Notes: a model not told the origin generated them from the letters alone. 63,922 nt of DNA, filler included, from Octopus bimaculoides (GCF_001194135.2; 6 parts of 5 records of this genome joined end to end with filler, not necessarily neighbours in it), one strand, 5' to 3'; positions 39,311 to 52,870 are shown, counted from the first letter of the whole stretch. A program made the numbers and translations.

Positions 39311-39560
39311 GTAAGAACTTTTCCTAGTAAACTTGTCCTTTTTCTATTTTTGCCTCTTTTTAGAAATTTTCAAGGTGAATTCATCGGCAAATTTGCTTCT
39401 GTTTTTTGTATACAAATTAAAGTTATGTAAGCGTGTGTATAAGTATGTATATATGTAAGTATAATGGTATATTTGATGCGAATAGAGGATGTGCGGTCGT
39501 TAGTTTCTTTCTATATATGTGTTCGCATGTATGCTTCGTACTATGTCAGTCTGCGGTCTG

Positions 39561-39628
<68 letters not shown>

Positions 39629-39633
39629 GCATA

Positions 39634-39795
39634 TGCGTGCATGGGTGTCTGGTTAAGAGACATGATTCCCAACCACATGGTTCCGGGTTCGGTCCCATTG
39701 TGTGGTACGTTAGGCTACAGTCTTCTACTATAACCTCTGGGCGACAAAAGCCTCGTATCTGCATTTGGTAGGCGGAAACTGAAAGAAACCCATCG
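39634..39795 (+). mobile_element. SINE head (internal-microsatellite family) in vg intron 1
   Basis: CCAACCACATGGTTCCGGGTTCGGTCCC..GGAAACTGAAAGAAACCCATCG. Confidence 0.85.
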
Positions 39796-39910
39796 TATAT
39801 ATATATATATATATATACATATATATACACACACACACACAAACACACGTGCATACATATATATATACACATACATACATACATACATAATATATACATA
39901 TATATACATA

Positions 39911-40326
39911 TTACTCTTACTCCTCACTCTTTTACTTGTTTCAGTCATTTGACTGCGGCCATGCTGGAGCACCGCCTTTAGTCGAGCAAATCGACCCCAG
40001 GACTTATTCTTTGTAAGCCTAGTACTTATTCTATCGGTTTCTCTTTTGCCGAACCGCTAAGTTACTGGGACGTAAACACACCACCATCTGTTCTCAAGCG
40101 ATTTGGGGGAACAAACAGAGACACTCAAACCTATACACACACACATACATATATACATATTTACGTCGGGCTTCTTTCAGTTTCCGTCTACCAAATTCAC
40201 TCACAAGGCTTTGGTCGGCTCGAGGCTATAGTAAAAGACACTTGCCCAAAATGCCACGCAGTGGGAATGAACCCGGAACCATGTGGTTGGTAAGCAAGGT
40301 ACTTATCACACAGTCACTCCTGCGCC
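39911..40326 (-). mobile_element. Full-length SINE (internal-microsatellite family), antisense
   Basis: Reverse complement of the 29179 copy, with head at 40164-40326. Confidence 0.9.
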
Positions 40327-41065
40327 TATATATGTATATATAGATACATATATACATATTTACGTCGGGCTTNNNNNNNNNNNNNNNNNNNNNNNNNNNN
40401 NNNNNNNNNNNNNNNNNNNNNNNNNNNNNNNNNNNNNNNNNNNNNNNNNNNNNNNNNNNNNNNNNNNNNNNNNNNNNNNNNNNNNNNNNNNNNNNNNNNN
40501 NNNNNNNNNNNNNNNNNNNNNNNNTATATATATATATATATATATATGTACATAGAGACATATACACACACACACATTCATACATATATATATATACTTA
40601 TATAAGTATACATATGTTGTGCGTTTATACGAACGCATATCTGCATGTATGTATGCACGTGTTTCCGTTTTTTATACATGTATGCATCGGCATGCAGCAT
40701 TTCTGCATTAACGTCTGTACGAATGTTTACGTAGATCCCAATGTGCACAGGTCCGTATATAAATATACACCCAATGTGCGCTTACATATCTACTTATCTA
40801 CTTATGTATTTATGGAACCAAGTATTATGGTACGCATTATACACGATATGCCAAAGTATGTATAATCTACCAACGTATTTACGTAATATATACGCGTTTG
40901 CATATATTAGTATTATATAAGTTTGTGCGTACTAAATATACGTGTGTGTACGGATGTATACTCATATTCTGTAGGTGTGTGTATATATTTGTGTGTATGC
41001 TTGTTATATTTAGATCTCCATGTATATATGCATATATATATTTATTAATTGTCAATAGATATATT

Positions 41066-41132
<67 letters not shown>

Positions 41133-41792
41133 NNNNNNNNNNNNNNNNNNNNNNNNNNNNNNNNNNNNNNNNNNNNTTAATTAATTAANNNNNNNNNNNN
41201 NNNNNNNNNNNNNNNNNNNNNNNNNNNNNNNNAAAGCAAATAAAACGAAGGTATGGAGATTAAATACGCTTTACATCGCTTAATCAGCCAAAGGAGTAAA
41301 TGTAAACAACTGAATACTTGTCAGTGATTGGTTGAAATTATCGAAATAAGACAATTTTTTACATGAAATAAATTCGAATACAAAAATATTTTTCTGTTCT
41401 ATAACACAAAATAGATAAGTATACGAAGTTTGAAAGTCTTTCCGTACCAAAAACACTACGTAAAACATTAATGAAAAATGTGGCCCCCGTTTTAAAATAG
41501 ATCCAATAATAATAATAATAATAATATTTATAGGATTGATGTTACACGAGATGTCGAAATATTGTTCATTTGATAACAGTCGCATTCTTCTTTATTGTTT
41601 CTTTCATTTCTGGTGGAGTAACATCAATCCTATAGATATTACCAAAAATGAAGTAGATTGACAAGTTTATTTTTGAACCTGTGGAAAACACACGAGATGT
41701 GTTCATTTAATAACAGTTGCACTCTTCTTTGTTGTTTCTTTAATAATAATAATAATAATAACGATATATGTATACATATACATACATATACA

Positions 41793-41849
<57 letters not shown>

Positions 41850-42252
41850 CTGTATATGTATATATATGTATATATGAGCTTTGGTTGAAACGTTAAATCC
41901 TCTTTCCTTTCCTGAGCGTCTGATAATACATCATTTGTTCCACGTACTCACGTTGTTGTTTTTCAATGTTTGTTCTTCGTTTGGATTCACTATATACCGC
42001 ACGCTCACACTGATCCCGGCCTTCTGACTGACTTTAGAGTACCTAATTCGTGGAATTCTTCTACCTTCGGATTACTTTACCAGTTCATTCGCAAACGCCA
42101 TTTCTACACCTTGATTGTGAGTCATTATAATTTGTCTGTGACACTTCCTCTTTACTCTTCGTCACTCAACCTTTTCGCTCTCCTTCCCTTTTTTCTCTTC
42201 TCCTTATTGTCGCCACTAATAACACCTACACTGACATTCACACCCTCTCACC

Positions 42253-44645
42253 ATGCCAGACCTCCACTCCTTCCTCCAGCACCTCCAATCTCTTCTTTCG
42301 CGTTTTCTTTCCTCCATACCAATGCTTGCAACCCACAAAAAAAACTCCCTCACTTGCTTTTTTAAAAAAACTAGCCACTCTAGCCATCTCCCTTTTCTTA
42401 GCCGTTGCCTCCGTCATCACGTAACACCCCGTTGCTTCCGCTTGAAGTTCCACGTCTCCAACAATCCTCCCCTCCATGGAGCCCACCCTCGTCCGCACTT
42501 CCCGCCTCCTCATCCGTGCCACCGTCCGTTCCACCCGCTCCCGCCTTCACTCCCTCGATCACCAACTCTCTGAAGCTTATCTATTCCTTTCCTCCCTCTG
42601 CCCTCCACCCTTCACCCAACTCATTCTCCACTTCTTTCTTAATCTCAACCACCAACTCTACAATTTCCTCATACACGGAAAAAACAAAAAACTCCACCAC
42701 CTCCTCAATCCTTCGCACCTCCCCCTCCCACCCGGACATTCCCAACTCTACCCCATACCCACCCAACCATTCCAACCTTCCCCACACCTCTGCACCCCAT
42801 CTTCTCGACCCCACTCACCCCACCACTCTGCTCCCACGCGCTGTTGTCACTATACTATCCAACCTCCTCCTTTCCGCTGCCGAGCGTTCNNNNNNNNNNN
42901 NNNNNNNNNNNNNNNNNNNNNNNNNNNNNNNNNNNNNNNNNNNNNNNNNNNNNNNNNNNNNNNNNNNNNNNNNNNNNNNNNNNNNNNNNNNNNNNNNNNN
43001 NNNNNNNNNNNNNNNNNNNNNNNNNNNNNNNNNNNNNNNNNNNNNNNNNNNNNNNNNNNNNNNNNNNNNNNNNNNNNNNNNNNNNNNNNNNNNNNNNNNN
43101 NNNNNNNNNNNNNNNNNNNNNNNNNNNNNNNNNNNNNNNNNNNNNNNNNNNNNNNNNNNNNNNNNNNNNNNNNNNNNNNNNNNNNNNNNNNNNNNNNNNN
43201 NNNNNNNNNNNNNNNNNNNNNNNNNNNTGCGTTAGTCGACCGATTCAATTTCAAAAAATGATCCCGCCGCGCCAGCCTTACCCGTGCTGAATCGATCGCC
43301 CTTCGTGACCTCTGTCACCGCGATATCGTCATCAAGCCGGTGGAGCAGTGGTGGTGTGGCACGTGGACCTATACAGAGAGGAAGCGCTCAGCCAATTTCA
43401 AAATCGCTTCTATCGCCTCCTCCCCTCCGACATCACCTCCCCTACCAACAGCGCGTGTCCTTCACCATTCATGACCTCATCTTCTCTTCTGATCTTCCCC
43501 CCACCGCCACCAGCCTCATCGTCCGAACACCCCGTACCTCCACCATCTATTTCCTTCCCAAAATACATAAACCCAACAACGCTGGCCGCCCCATTGCTTT
43601 TGCCTGCAATTATCCCACCGGACTCATTTCGAAATAACTTGACCGCATCCTGTTCCCTTTAGTTGCTGCTCTGGGTTCGCGATGAGAACGAGAATGGGCC
43701 CCAATTTCGCCAACCTATTTGTTGGTCACATTGAGTCTCAAGTATTCTCCCAATTCTCCGGGCCGACCCCAAAGCTATACAGTCGCTATATGGACAACTG
43801 TATAGGAGTCACCATCTCTTTCCTCTCTAACTTCCACCCCTCTCTCCAATTTACTTCTACCATCTCTAACACTCGGTTAACTTCCCTAGATATCTCTCTT
43901 ACCATTGACTTTCCCTCTCACTCTTTCACCGCCTCCGCCTTCTTCAAACCGACGGCTTCCCACCTCTACCTCAACTTCTTATCCTCCCATCCTTCCACAC
44001 CAAAACGGGCCATCCCCTATTCCCTGTTCCTTCGCCTCCAACGCTTGTGCAGCCGGGACCAGGATTTCGAGACCCAGTCCCAATACCTTTCCCGCCTGTT
44101 CATGCAGTCGAATCGATCCCCTAACCGCACCCCCTTTCTCCTCCTTTTCCACCCCTCCACCCTACCCATTCGTTGGAGGATCCTACTGGCCTTCCGTTAT
44201 CTCCAGCTTGATCCCACCACCCACACCATTTCCCCCAACCCTCCCTTGTCCTTCTTTAAACGTGCCCGAAACTTACGCGATCTACTGGCCCGCAGCACCT
44301 TCATCACCAACACCACCTCCCTCACTGGTTCCAACCAGCACACTCTCCACATCACAATTCCTTCTCTTGCACCACTTCTAGCCTCATATACTGTATTAGA
44401 TGCAACCTCTGTGGTAAACTATATGTAGGTCAGACGGGCCGCCGGCTGGGCGACCGGTTCACCGACACTTCCGCTTGGCCCGTCGCCCGACACTTCCGCT
44501 TGGCCAACGACTTCTTTAACATCGTCTTTGGCCTCACGCTCCACCACAGATCCACACACTTGCGACTCCGCCTGGAACAGCGTTATATTTTTAATCTACA
44601 AACAACTATCCCTTTCGGACTAAACACAACTCCCTCCTTCTAATG
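42253..44645 (+). pseudogene. Penelope RT/GIY-YIG ORF, frameshifted with an internal RT deletion
   Basis: YFLPKIHKPNNAGRPI, TRMGPNFANLF, RYMDN (degenerate YxDD), FKPTASHLYL..SSHP, AIPYSLFLRLQRLCS, KRARNLRDLL, KLYVGQTGRRLGDRF, LEQRYIFNLQTTIPFGLN. Confidence 0.9.
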
Positions 44646-44779
44646 ACTGTCTTTATAACCTCCCGACACAAAGCGTTTTATTTTATGTTTGTTAATTGTG
44701 CCATTTTATATTGTATTAACTTCTTTATCTCCTATCAACCTTATTTTATCATAATTTATTGAATTTTATTTTATTTCTA

Positions 44780-46660
44780 TATACACGCACACACACACAC
44801 ACACACACGTACAAATACACACACGAAAAATACACGCACTCGCGCACACACATGAACACACATATACCTCCCACACACACAACACACATGCACACCACAT
44901 ACATACAACACACATCCATGCACATACACACACATACATCCGCACACACACACATACATACACGCACATATACACGCACACACACAATAACTCACATATA
45001 CCTCCATATAGCACAACCCCATACAAACACTCACTACACATACGCTCATACACACACATGCACACACATACGCGCACACGCACACGCATACTTACACGCA
45101 CACACCCACATGCACCCACGCGCATACACATCAATGCACATATACCTCACAAATACCTCCCACACACAACAGATACACAATACGCACGCACAAGGCACAC
45201 GTACACAAACGCACACACACACACATACACACACACAGGAATGCACATATTCCTAACCCACACAACCCCATGCACGCACAGACATACATACCTATATACA
45301 CACACGCATACATAAACGTACACACGTAACACAACCACATACACATACACATACATGCACACACGTACAGAGACACACATGCACACACATATATACACAC
45401 GCACACACATATATACACACGCACACACATATATACACACGCACATACACACATATACACACGCACACACACATACACACACATACCCCCCACACACAAC
45501 ACACACTCATATAGACATGCACACAATTATACACACAAGGGTATAAGCACATACGCGCATACGCACACACGCACAAAAGCACCCGCAGGCACACACACAG
45601 GAACGCACATATATCCACACACACAACCCTACGCACACACGTATACACAAACTAATATACACACACATACTTACACATACACACCCACACACAATATATA
45701 CATACACGCACACACACATACACACACACGCACACGCACACATGCACACACACGCACGCGCGCACACGGACAGGATTGCACAATACCTAACACACACATC
45801 CACATACACAAACACGCACACATACACACATGCGCATGTACACGCACACACATCTACACGCACATATATATACACACACGCACGCGCATACACGCGCAAA
45901 AGACGCACATATACCTCCACACAGAACCTCTCGTTCACACATACACACGCACACAGGCATACACACACACACACATGCACACACACAAAGTACACGCGCA
46001 CACACATAAACATATGTGCACACACATACACTCACACGCACACACATATACACACACGCATACACATATACCCATACGCACATGCAAATGAACCCACACA
46101 TACCTCCCACGCACACATAACACACACTCATACATACACGCACACAATTATAATGCATGGACATACACACACACGCACATACAAGCACACACATGCACAC
46201 ACCACAGAGTAACGCACATTTACTACACAGACACAACCCTATGCACACACACATACACACATACATACACACACANNNNNNNNNNCAGACACAACCCTAT
46301 GCACACACACATACACACATACATACACACACACACATACACAGACACAGGCGCACACTGCACACAAAACACACACAACACATGCATACACGCACACACA
46401 CATACTTCAAACTACCAGTTAAACAACTTTCTACTGACCATTCTCCTGCGAACATATGAAGAAGGGACATACTACACAAAAAACAGCCACTCGTATCATA
46501 AATTCTTCCTACGGCATTAAGCGATACAATGTCCACTCATACATACACATATAAACAGCCAAAACGACACACATACACACAATGCATAGATACACATATG
46601 CACACACACGTGTTATTATTACACACACGCACACACAGGCCTGTGCACACGCACATACAC
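44780..46660. repeat. About 1.9-kb degenerate (CA)n-rich low-complexity tract
   Basis: Interrupted CA/TA/CG dinucleotide mosaic with recurring ATACCTCC(C)ACAC and CACAACCC motifs. Confidence 0.9.
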
Positions 46661-46804
46661 ACACATACATCCTTCTCTTACACTCTCCTGTCTTGGAAAT
46701 AATTTTTTCTTCACCCATTCCCTTCTGGTCATTACAAAATATAACCACATGTGAATCGTTGGTGATTTACTTCCTCCGTCTTCCCTTCCGTTGGAGTTTC
46801 TTCT

Positions 46805-46839
46805 ATTTCTGAACAAGAGCTTTGCTCGAAACGTTAAAT
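46805..46839 (+). ncRNA. Minimal hammerhead motif in the 3' Penelope terminal repeat
   Basis: ATTT-CTGAACA-A-GAGC(ttt)GCTC-GAAA-CGT-T-AAAT: 4-bp stems I and II, palindromic ACGT stem III, G8 replaced by C. Confidence 0.6.
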
Positions 46840-46959
46840 CCTCTTTCTTTCCTTTCCTGAGCGTCTGATAATACATTACTTGTACCACATCCTCGTGTTG
46901 TTGTTTTTTCATATTTGTTCTACCGACCATATCTTATGAATCTGTACCAGTAAGCTTTC

Positions 46960-47620
46960 ATTGTGAAATACACAAGAACTTAGACAACCAAGACCCAAGA
47001 AGGAAGAAAAATTAAAAACCCTGCCTTACATCTCCACACACAACCCACATAACAATGAGGCCTTCAACAATATACTCCACAGTACAGCTCTACTAAAAAA
47101 AAACCCAAAGATGAACCAAATCCTCAAAACACATACAATCACCAAAAGTAAGAGGCAACCAAAATCAATGAAAAAAATTTTAACCCAGGCCAAATTACAC
47201 TCAACAATAACCACTAAGCCAACAGTAAAAAATGCGGGAGACCCAAATGTGGGACTTGTGTCAACGTAATAGAAGGATTGGAACATCGATTAGAACAAGG
47301 CCATAAGTTTACAATAAAAACTAATTTTATATGTGCATCGGAGAACTTGATCTACCTAATTACATGTTCTGCATGTAATTGGACACACACAAAAAAAACA
47401 GCCTACACCAAAGGATGGCGGTGCACAAATCTCAAATTAGGATCCCAGAAAACAGGAAATTACCTCTCAGCTAGCATATCGAAGAATGTGCCTACAACAA
47501 ATTTCCCAAGTTCACAACGTTTCCTCTATACAAATTCAAAGACAATGCTAGCCAAAATGAACGCATTAGCAAGGAAATACATTTCATAAGAAAATACCGA
47601 CCAAGTCTAAATTCTCTAAA
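46960..47620 (+). mobile_element. 3' fragment of a second, different Penelope-like element (GIY-YIG region)
   Basis: LPYISTHNPHN, SKRQPKSMKKILT, CGTC, FICASENLIYLITCSAC, IRKYRPSLN. Confidence 0.8.
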
Positions 47621-47949
47621 CTAGCAACNNNNNNNNNNNNNNNNNNNNNNNNNNNNNNNNNNNNNNNNNNNNNNNNNNNNNNNNNNNNNNNNNNNNNNNN
47701 NNNNNNNNNNNNNNNNNNNNNNNNNNNNNNNNNNNNNNNNNNNNNNNNNNNNNNNNNNNNNNNNNNNNNNNNNNNNNNNNNNNNNNNNNNNNNNNNNNNN
47801 NNNNNNNNNNNNNNNNNNNNNNNNNNNNNNNNNNNNNNNNCCCCCATTTAGGGGTGAATTCTTCGTTTGAAAAATTTCCATCTTCACATTTCACACGTAT
47901 CATATCTGAAAAATGTTGGGAAAAAAAAATAACAAGCTGTTCTCTTCTC

Positions 47950-48708
47950 TCTGCATCACTCCCCGACAAAAAGAATGACGGGTCAAGTCACATTTCACCC
48001 CGCCCAGTTGACGCCATAGAGGACAAAATTTTGAAGGCCACGTGCAGCGTCCCTGATTCAGGTCTGTTTAACAGACTTTTTGACGCTGACTTCCCAGCTC
48101 TCACCTCCACCATTGCTCCTACACCGGAGAGGGAGGAAGGAAAAAAGAACAAAGAAAACAAAGAAAACAACACCAGCAACAGCACCAATACCAAAATCAG
48201 TAACCATTGTAACGGTTTCGCTTCCGCAGCTAAGCAGAGCTAAGAAGAAATCAAAGTGACAATGGCAGAAATAAAGAATGCCAAGGAATTGTTAAGAAGG
48301 GATGGCAATAATGTCTTCCTTAACACTCCACAAGCATTAATACAAACAACAAACAGAAGAACAATAGTATACAAGGTGTTCAACCACAGAGATCGGAGAT
48401 TGCTCTAAAGCCCATATGGGGCTAGAAAAGTTTCGTAACTAAAGGGAAGCGCTTTGGAACAGTGGAAGTGCGCTTCCCAACGGAAGAGGATGCCAACCGG
48501 CACTCAACAACGCCATTAATGGCGGACGATTTACTACTCGTGCCGACATACCTTGGTCGACGCGTGACAAAAATTAAAATAAATTAAGTGCCGCCAGAAC
48601 TGAACATCTCCTGACTAGTGGCAGCTGTGCTCTTCGACACTGAAGAGACTGCCACTATTCTGGAGGTGCACAGAAGGAAAGAAAAAAAAATGGTTGGGAA
48701 TGGAAATG
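47950..48708 (+). mobile_element. Probable LINE ORF1 remnant
   Basis: Stop-ridden reading DFPALT..FASAAKQS..VEVRFPTEEDANRHSTTPLMADDLLLVPTYLGRRVTKIKI..VPPE, which resembles non-LTR ORF1 proteins; clade not determined. Confidence 0.5.
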
Positions 48709-48809
48709 NNNNNNNNNNNNNNNNNNNNNNNNNNNNNNNNNNNNNNNNNNNNTTAATTAATTAANNNNNNNNNNNNNNNNNNNNNNNNNNNNNNNNNNNN
48801 NNNNNNNNA

Positions 48810-48990
48810 TACATACATATATGACGGGCTTGTTTCAATTTCCGTCTACTAAATCCACTCACAAGGCTTTGGTCAACCCAAGGCTATAGTAGACAACACT
48901 TGCCCAAGGTTCCATGCAGTGGGACTGAACCCAGAACTATGTGGTTAGGAAGCAAGCTTGTTATCACACAGCTCTGCCTGCACCTATTTA
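48810..48990 (-). mobile_element. SINE head (internal-microsatellite family)
   Basis: GACGGGCTTG..ATCCACTCACAAGGCTTTGGTC..GGGACTGAACCCAGAAC. Confidence 0.85.
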
Positions 48991-49080
48991 AGAATTGTAT
49001 AAAACAAATTATTGAAATATTTTGTGTATTGTAGAAGTATAACCAAATTTATTGCACATAAATTTAAACTACAAAATCTT

Positions 49081-49144
49081 GAATGGACTCCTAAGGCCTA
49101 CATGGACCCCATAGGGCCATGTGGACCCTGGTTGAGAACCATTG
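49081..49144. mobile_element. End of a hAT-type MITE
   Basis: Reverse complement begins CAATGGTTCTCAACC (cf. hAT terminus CAGTGGTTCTCAACC); a related end lies near 36945-36983. Confidence 0.55.
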
Positions 49145-49227
49145 ATGTAGAGTCTCCTTTTTTGTCATTCTTCTTAGTGGTAGTTGTGCTGATAGTGATA
49201 TAATGATGTTGTTAGTTGTTGTGGTAT

Positions 49228-49618
49228 GGAGGCGCAATGGCCCAGTGGTTAGGGCAGCAGACTCGCGGTCATAGGATCGTGGTTTCGATTCCCAGACCGG
49301 GCGTTGTGAGTGTTTATTGAGCAAAGACATCTAAAGCTCTACGAGGCTCCGGCAGGGGATGGTGGCGAACCCTGCTGTACTCTTTCACCACAATTTTCTC
49401 TCACTCTTTCTTCCTGTTTCTGTTGTGCCTGTAATTCAAAGGGTCAGCCTTGTCACACTGTGTCACGCTGAATATCCCCGAGAACTATGTTAAGGGTACA
49501 CGTGCCTGTGGAGTGCTCAGCCACTTGCACGTTAATTTCACGGGCAGGCTGTTTCATTGATCGGATCAACTGGAACCCTGGATGTCGTAAGCGATGGAGT
49601 GCCAACAACGACAACAAT
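49228..49618 (+). mobile_element. Full-length tRNA-derived SINE
   Basis: A box TGGCCCAGTGG and B box GGTTTCGATTCCC in a tRNA-like head; body shared with 21440; (CAA)n-like tail. Confidence 0.9.
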
Positions 49619-49650
49619 AGTTGTTGTGATGATGGTGATGGTTAAGGGAG

Positions 49651-49835
49651 TCTAGAACATTTACCCCCACCCATGGACAAGAAATAACACCCCCAAGGGT
49701 AAGGTCAACAGACGATTTAAAACTTCTTAATATATTGGAGAGGGGGTAATTAACCAAGGGAGATAATTGTCCTAGGAGGTAGTTGTCAAATGGTGGAGAG
49801 AATTGTCCCATGGCGTGGGGGGTAATTGTCCTGAT
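49651..49835. mobile_element. About 185-bp MITE with internal GACAATT/AATTGTC motifs
   Basis: Left ACATTTACCCCCACCCATGGACAA versus reverse complement of the right end ACAATTACCCCCACGCCATGGGACAA. Confidence 0.7.
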
Positions 49836-49839
49836 ACGG

Positions 49840-50870
49840 ATTAAGGTGATGGTGGTAATGGTAATAGTCATGCTGATGATAGTTATAATGATGGTGATGG
49901 TTTATAAAGTTGACGAGGGTTAATGCTGTTGCTGAAGTGGTTGTGGAGAAAGCATTGGCTGTGATATTAGTGGTGGTGGTGGTGGTGGTGGTGACAATGA
50001 TATTTGTGTGATGATGGTGGCATCTTGATTATGACAATACGGGTTGGGTTGTGGTGGTGACGGTGGTGATGGTGGTGGTGGTGGTGATTGTGGTGATAGT
50101 GGTATGTTAATGATAGTAACTCTGGTGCTGGTGGTGGTGGTAGTGCTGGTGGCAGCGATGGCTGTTGTGATGTAGGTGGTATACAGTTGATGGTATTACT
50201 GGTTGTGATGGTGGTGGTGGCGGTGGTGGTGATAGTGGTTGCCATTGTTGTTGTCATCATCATAATATCATGACAATGAGAACGATGATGATGATGATTA
50301 TGGTGACAATAGTGGGCAGCAGTGGTGGTGGTGATGGTGGTGGTGGCATTGGTTGTTGTTGCAGTTTAGCCCAGACCAACCTTAATCACACAGGCCTATT
50401 ATGAAAAAGCTTTCCACCATGGCCATCTTGTGAGAAATCACATATTCCAGCGTGTATTTTTTCCCCTCAGTATATCAGGATGTGATTTGAGGGAGATTTT
50501 GTTGCCCTTTCTAGTAGATCTGACGACCACATAGAGGCCTCCTCAAATGCTGAGTGGTGGATGTGAATGATGTGGGCAGTGGTGGTCATAGTAACTTAGG
50601 CAGATGAGAGCAGGAGATAGAGTTGATGATGGCGGTGGTAGCAGCAGTGGTGGTGGTGGTGGTGGTGGTCACAAGATAGTAGTGGTGATGGTGGTGCTGG
50701 TGGTTGCAAGATGTGATGTGGGCATGGAAGGACAGGGGGATGGTGGTGATTGTAGTAGTAGTAGTAGTAGTAGTAGTGGGGAGTAGTGTGAGTGCATAGG
50801 CATAGTGGTGGGGAAGGGGGAAGATAGTGGTGGTGGGTTGGAGTGGATAGTAGAGGTGGGGCATTTGAAA
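49840..50870. repeat. (GGT)n/(GAT)n/(AGT)n low-complexity region
   Basis: Degenerate trinucleotide runs, interrupted by a dispersed repeat at about 50360-50550 related to 31000-31190 and 51710-51800. Confidence 0.8.
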
Positions 50871-52178
50871 TGGGGGTGAGTGTGAGGGTAATGCTGCCTA
50901 GTTATGGGTGCAGGTAGGCATAGGGGTGTTGCTTGTTGTGTTGCATAGCATGTTAGATTGTTTTCAGATTATGTCCGGGGTGAGNNNNNNNNNNNNNNNN
51001 NNNNNNNNNNNNNNNNNNNNNNNNNNNNNNNNNNNNNNNNNNNNNNNNNNNNNNNNNNNNNNNNNNNNNNNNNNNNNNNNNNNNNNNNNNNNNNNNNNNN
51101 NNNNNNNNNNNNNNNNNNNNNNNNNNNNNNNNNNNNNNNNNNNNNNNNNNNNNNNNNNNNNNNNNNNNNNNNNNNNNNNNNNNNNNNNNNNNNNNNNNNN
51201 NNNNNNNNNNNNNNNNNNNNNNNNNNNNNNNNNNNNNNNNNNNNNNNNNNNNNNNNNNNNNNNNNNNNNNNNNNNNNNNNNNNNNNNNNNNNNNNNNNNN
51301 NNNNNNNNNNNNNNNNNNNNNNNNNNNNNNNNNNNNNNNNNNNNNNNNNNNNNNNNNNNNNNNNNNNNNNNNNNNNNNNNNNNNNNNNNNNNNNNNNNNN
51401 NNNNNNNNNNNNNNNNNNNNNNNNNNNNNNNNNNNNNNNNNNNNNNNNNNNNNNNNNNNNNNNNNNNNNNAGAAGCCAACAATAAATAATTTTATTCTCC
51501 TCTTTCTCTCTTCTCTCTTCTCCCTGTCACAGCTCCTCTACAACTTGAAACTCTAACTCAATCTTCACATACATACACACACATATATATGTTGAACATA
51601 GATATTCTTCCTCATCTGGATCCACCACCACCACCACCACCACCACCACATCTGCCTTATCACATATATACATTCCCTCCACACCTGATCATACACACAC
51701 ACTCACACAGCAGATTTACATACAACCAACCAAGAAGGGAGCCGCTATGCGATCTGATTGACCTGCTAGAAACAGCAGCCAAATTTCCTTAAAGAACCAT
51801 CCCCCACCATTTTCTTGGAAAAAGTGAAACTTTAGATGACGCTGACTTTGTTGTACAAAAGCAATTTGGATGATCAAGATTAGAAAGTTCTTGATCAAAG
51901 CTCAACTCAATGCTGAGTAAATTAATATTTCTAGATCAACTGAAAGCTTCAAACATCTTTTGAAAGCAATCACTCTAAATTGTAATGAATGCATTTTGAA
52001 ACACCTTCGCCTCCATCTTCTGTCTTTTCCAGCTGGGATAACCATATATTTTCCTACAGAAATATTATCTGTGCCTGTATCATACTTTAGCCTCTCTTCA
52101 CCTAGCACAAAGCCATCTATCTCCCTCAATACTCTTCCTCATTCAATTGAAGTGAGGGTTTTGTCTAACAAGTTATTT

Positions 52179-52395
52179 GGCGACCTCACCAGTGCTGGTG
52201 CCATGTAAAAAGCACCCAGTCCACTCTGTAAGCAGGTTGGCATCAGGAAGGGTATCAGCCATAGAAGGCCATAGAAACCGAGTTATGAAGTGGTTGGCAT
52301 TAGGTAGGATATCAGTCATAGAAACCATGTTAAAGCAGAACATTGGAGTTTGGGGCAGTCCCTTGGTTCACCAGTTCTAGTGAAACCATCCAACG
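52179..52395 (+). mobile_element. RTE-tail-like short repeat
   Basis: GGTTGGCATCAGGAAGGG..CCATAGAAACC..CCATCCAACGCATG; inverse of 56549 and 61830. Confidence 0.75.
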
Positions 52396-52809
52396 CATGA
52401 CAGCATAGAAAAGGCTAAGTCAGTTACATTGATTTTAACCGTTCAGCATTCATATTACTCAGTCAAATATAATACTCATTCATTCACATTGCTTTGAAAT
52501 AACCATGTATTATAGGTGTAGGTGTGGCTGTGTGATAAGAAGCTTGCTTCCTAACCACATGGTTCTGTGTTCAGTCCTCACTCTGAAGAACCTTGGACAA
52601 GTGTCTTCTACTATTTATTTCTTTATTGTCCACAGGGAGGGGGGAGGGCTAAACATAGAGGGGAAAAACAAGGACACACAAGCATCAACCCCTAAAGGGA
52701 TGAAAGCCAAATTCGACATCTGCAGAATTTGAACTCAGAATGTAAATATGGGCAAAATGCCACAAAGCATTTTGCCAAGCATGCTGAAGATTTTTGTCAG
52801 CTTGCCACC

Positions 52810-52864
<55 letters not shown>

Positions 52865-52870
52865 TAATAA

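Larger units (their letters stand above)
41887..46925 (+). mobile_element. Near full-length Penelope-like element with direct terminal repeats (41887-41975 and about 46770-46925)
   Basis: GAAACGTTAAATCCTCTTTC..CCTGAGCGTCTGATAATACAT occurs at both ends and encloses an RT plus GIY-YIG ORF. Confidence 0.88.

Noticed and set aside
40146-40372. 27-bp direct repeat suggesting a tandem SINE-head duplication
   Set aside because: The second copy runs straight into an N gap, so it may be a contig-end overlap artefact.
52030-52155. Acceptor-like sites (TTTTCCAG, TTCCTACAG) as vg exon 2
   Set aside because: The phase-0 reading KYYLCLY shows no vg similarity and soon hits a stop.
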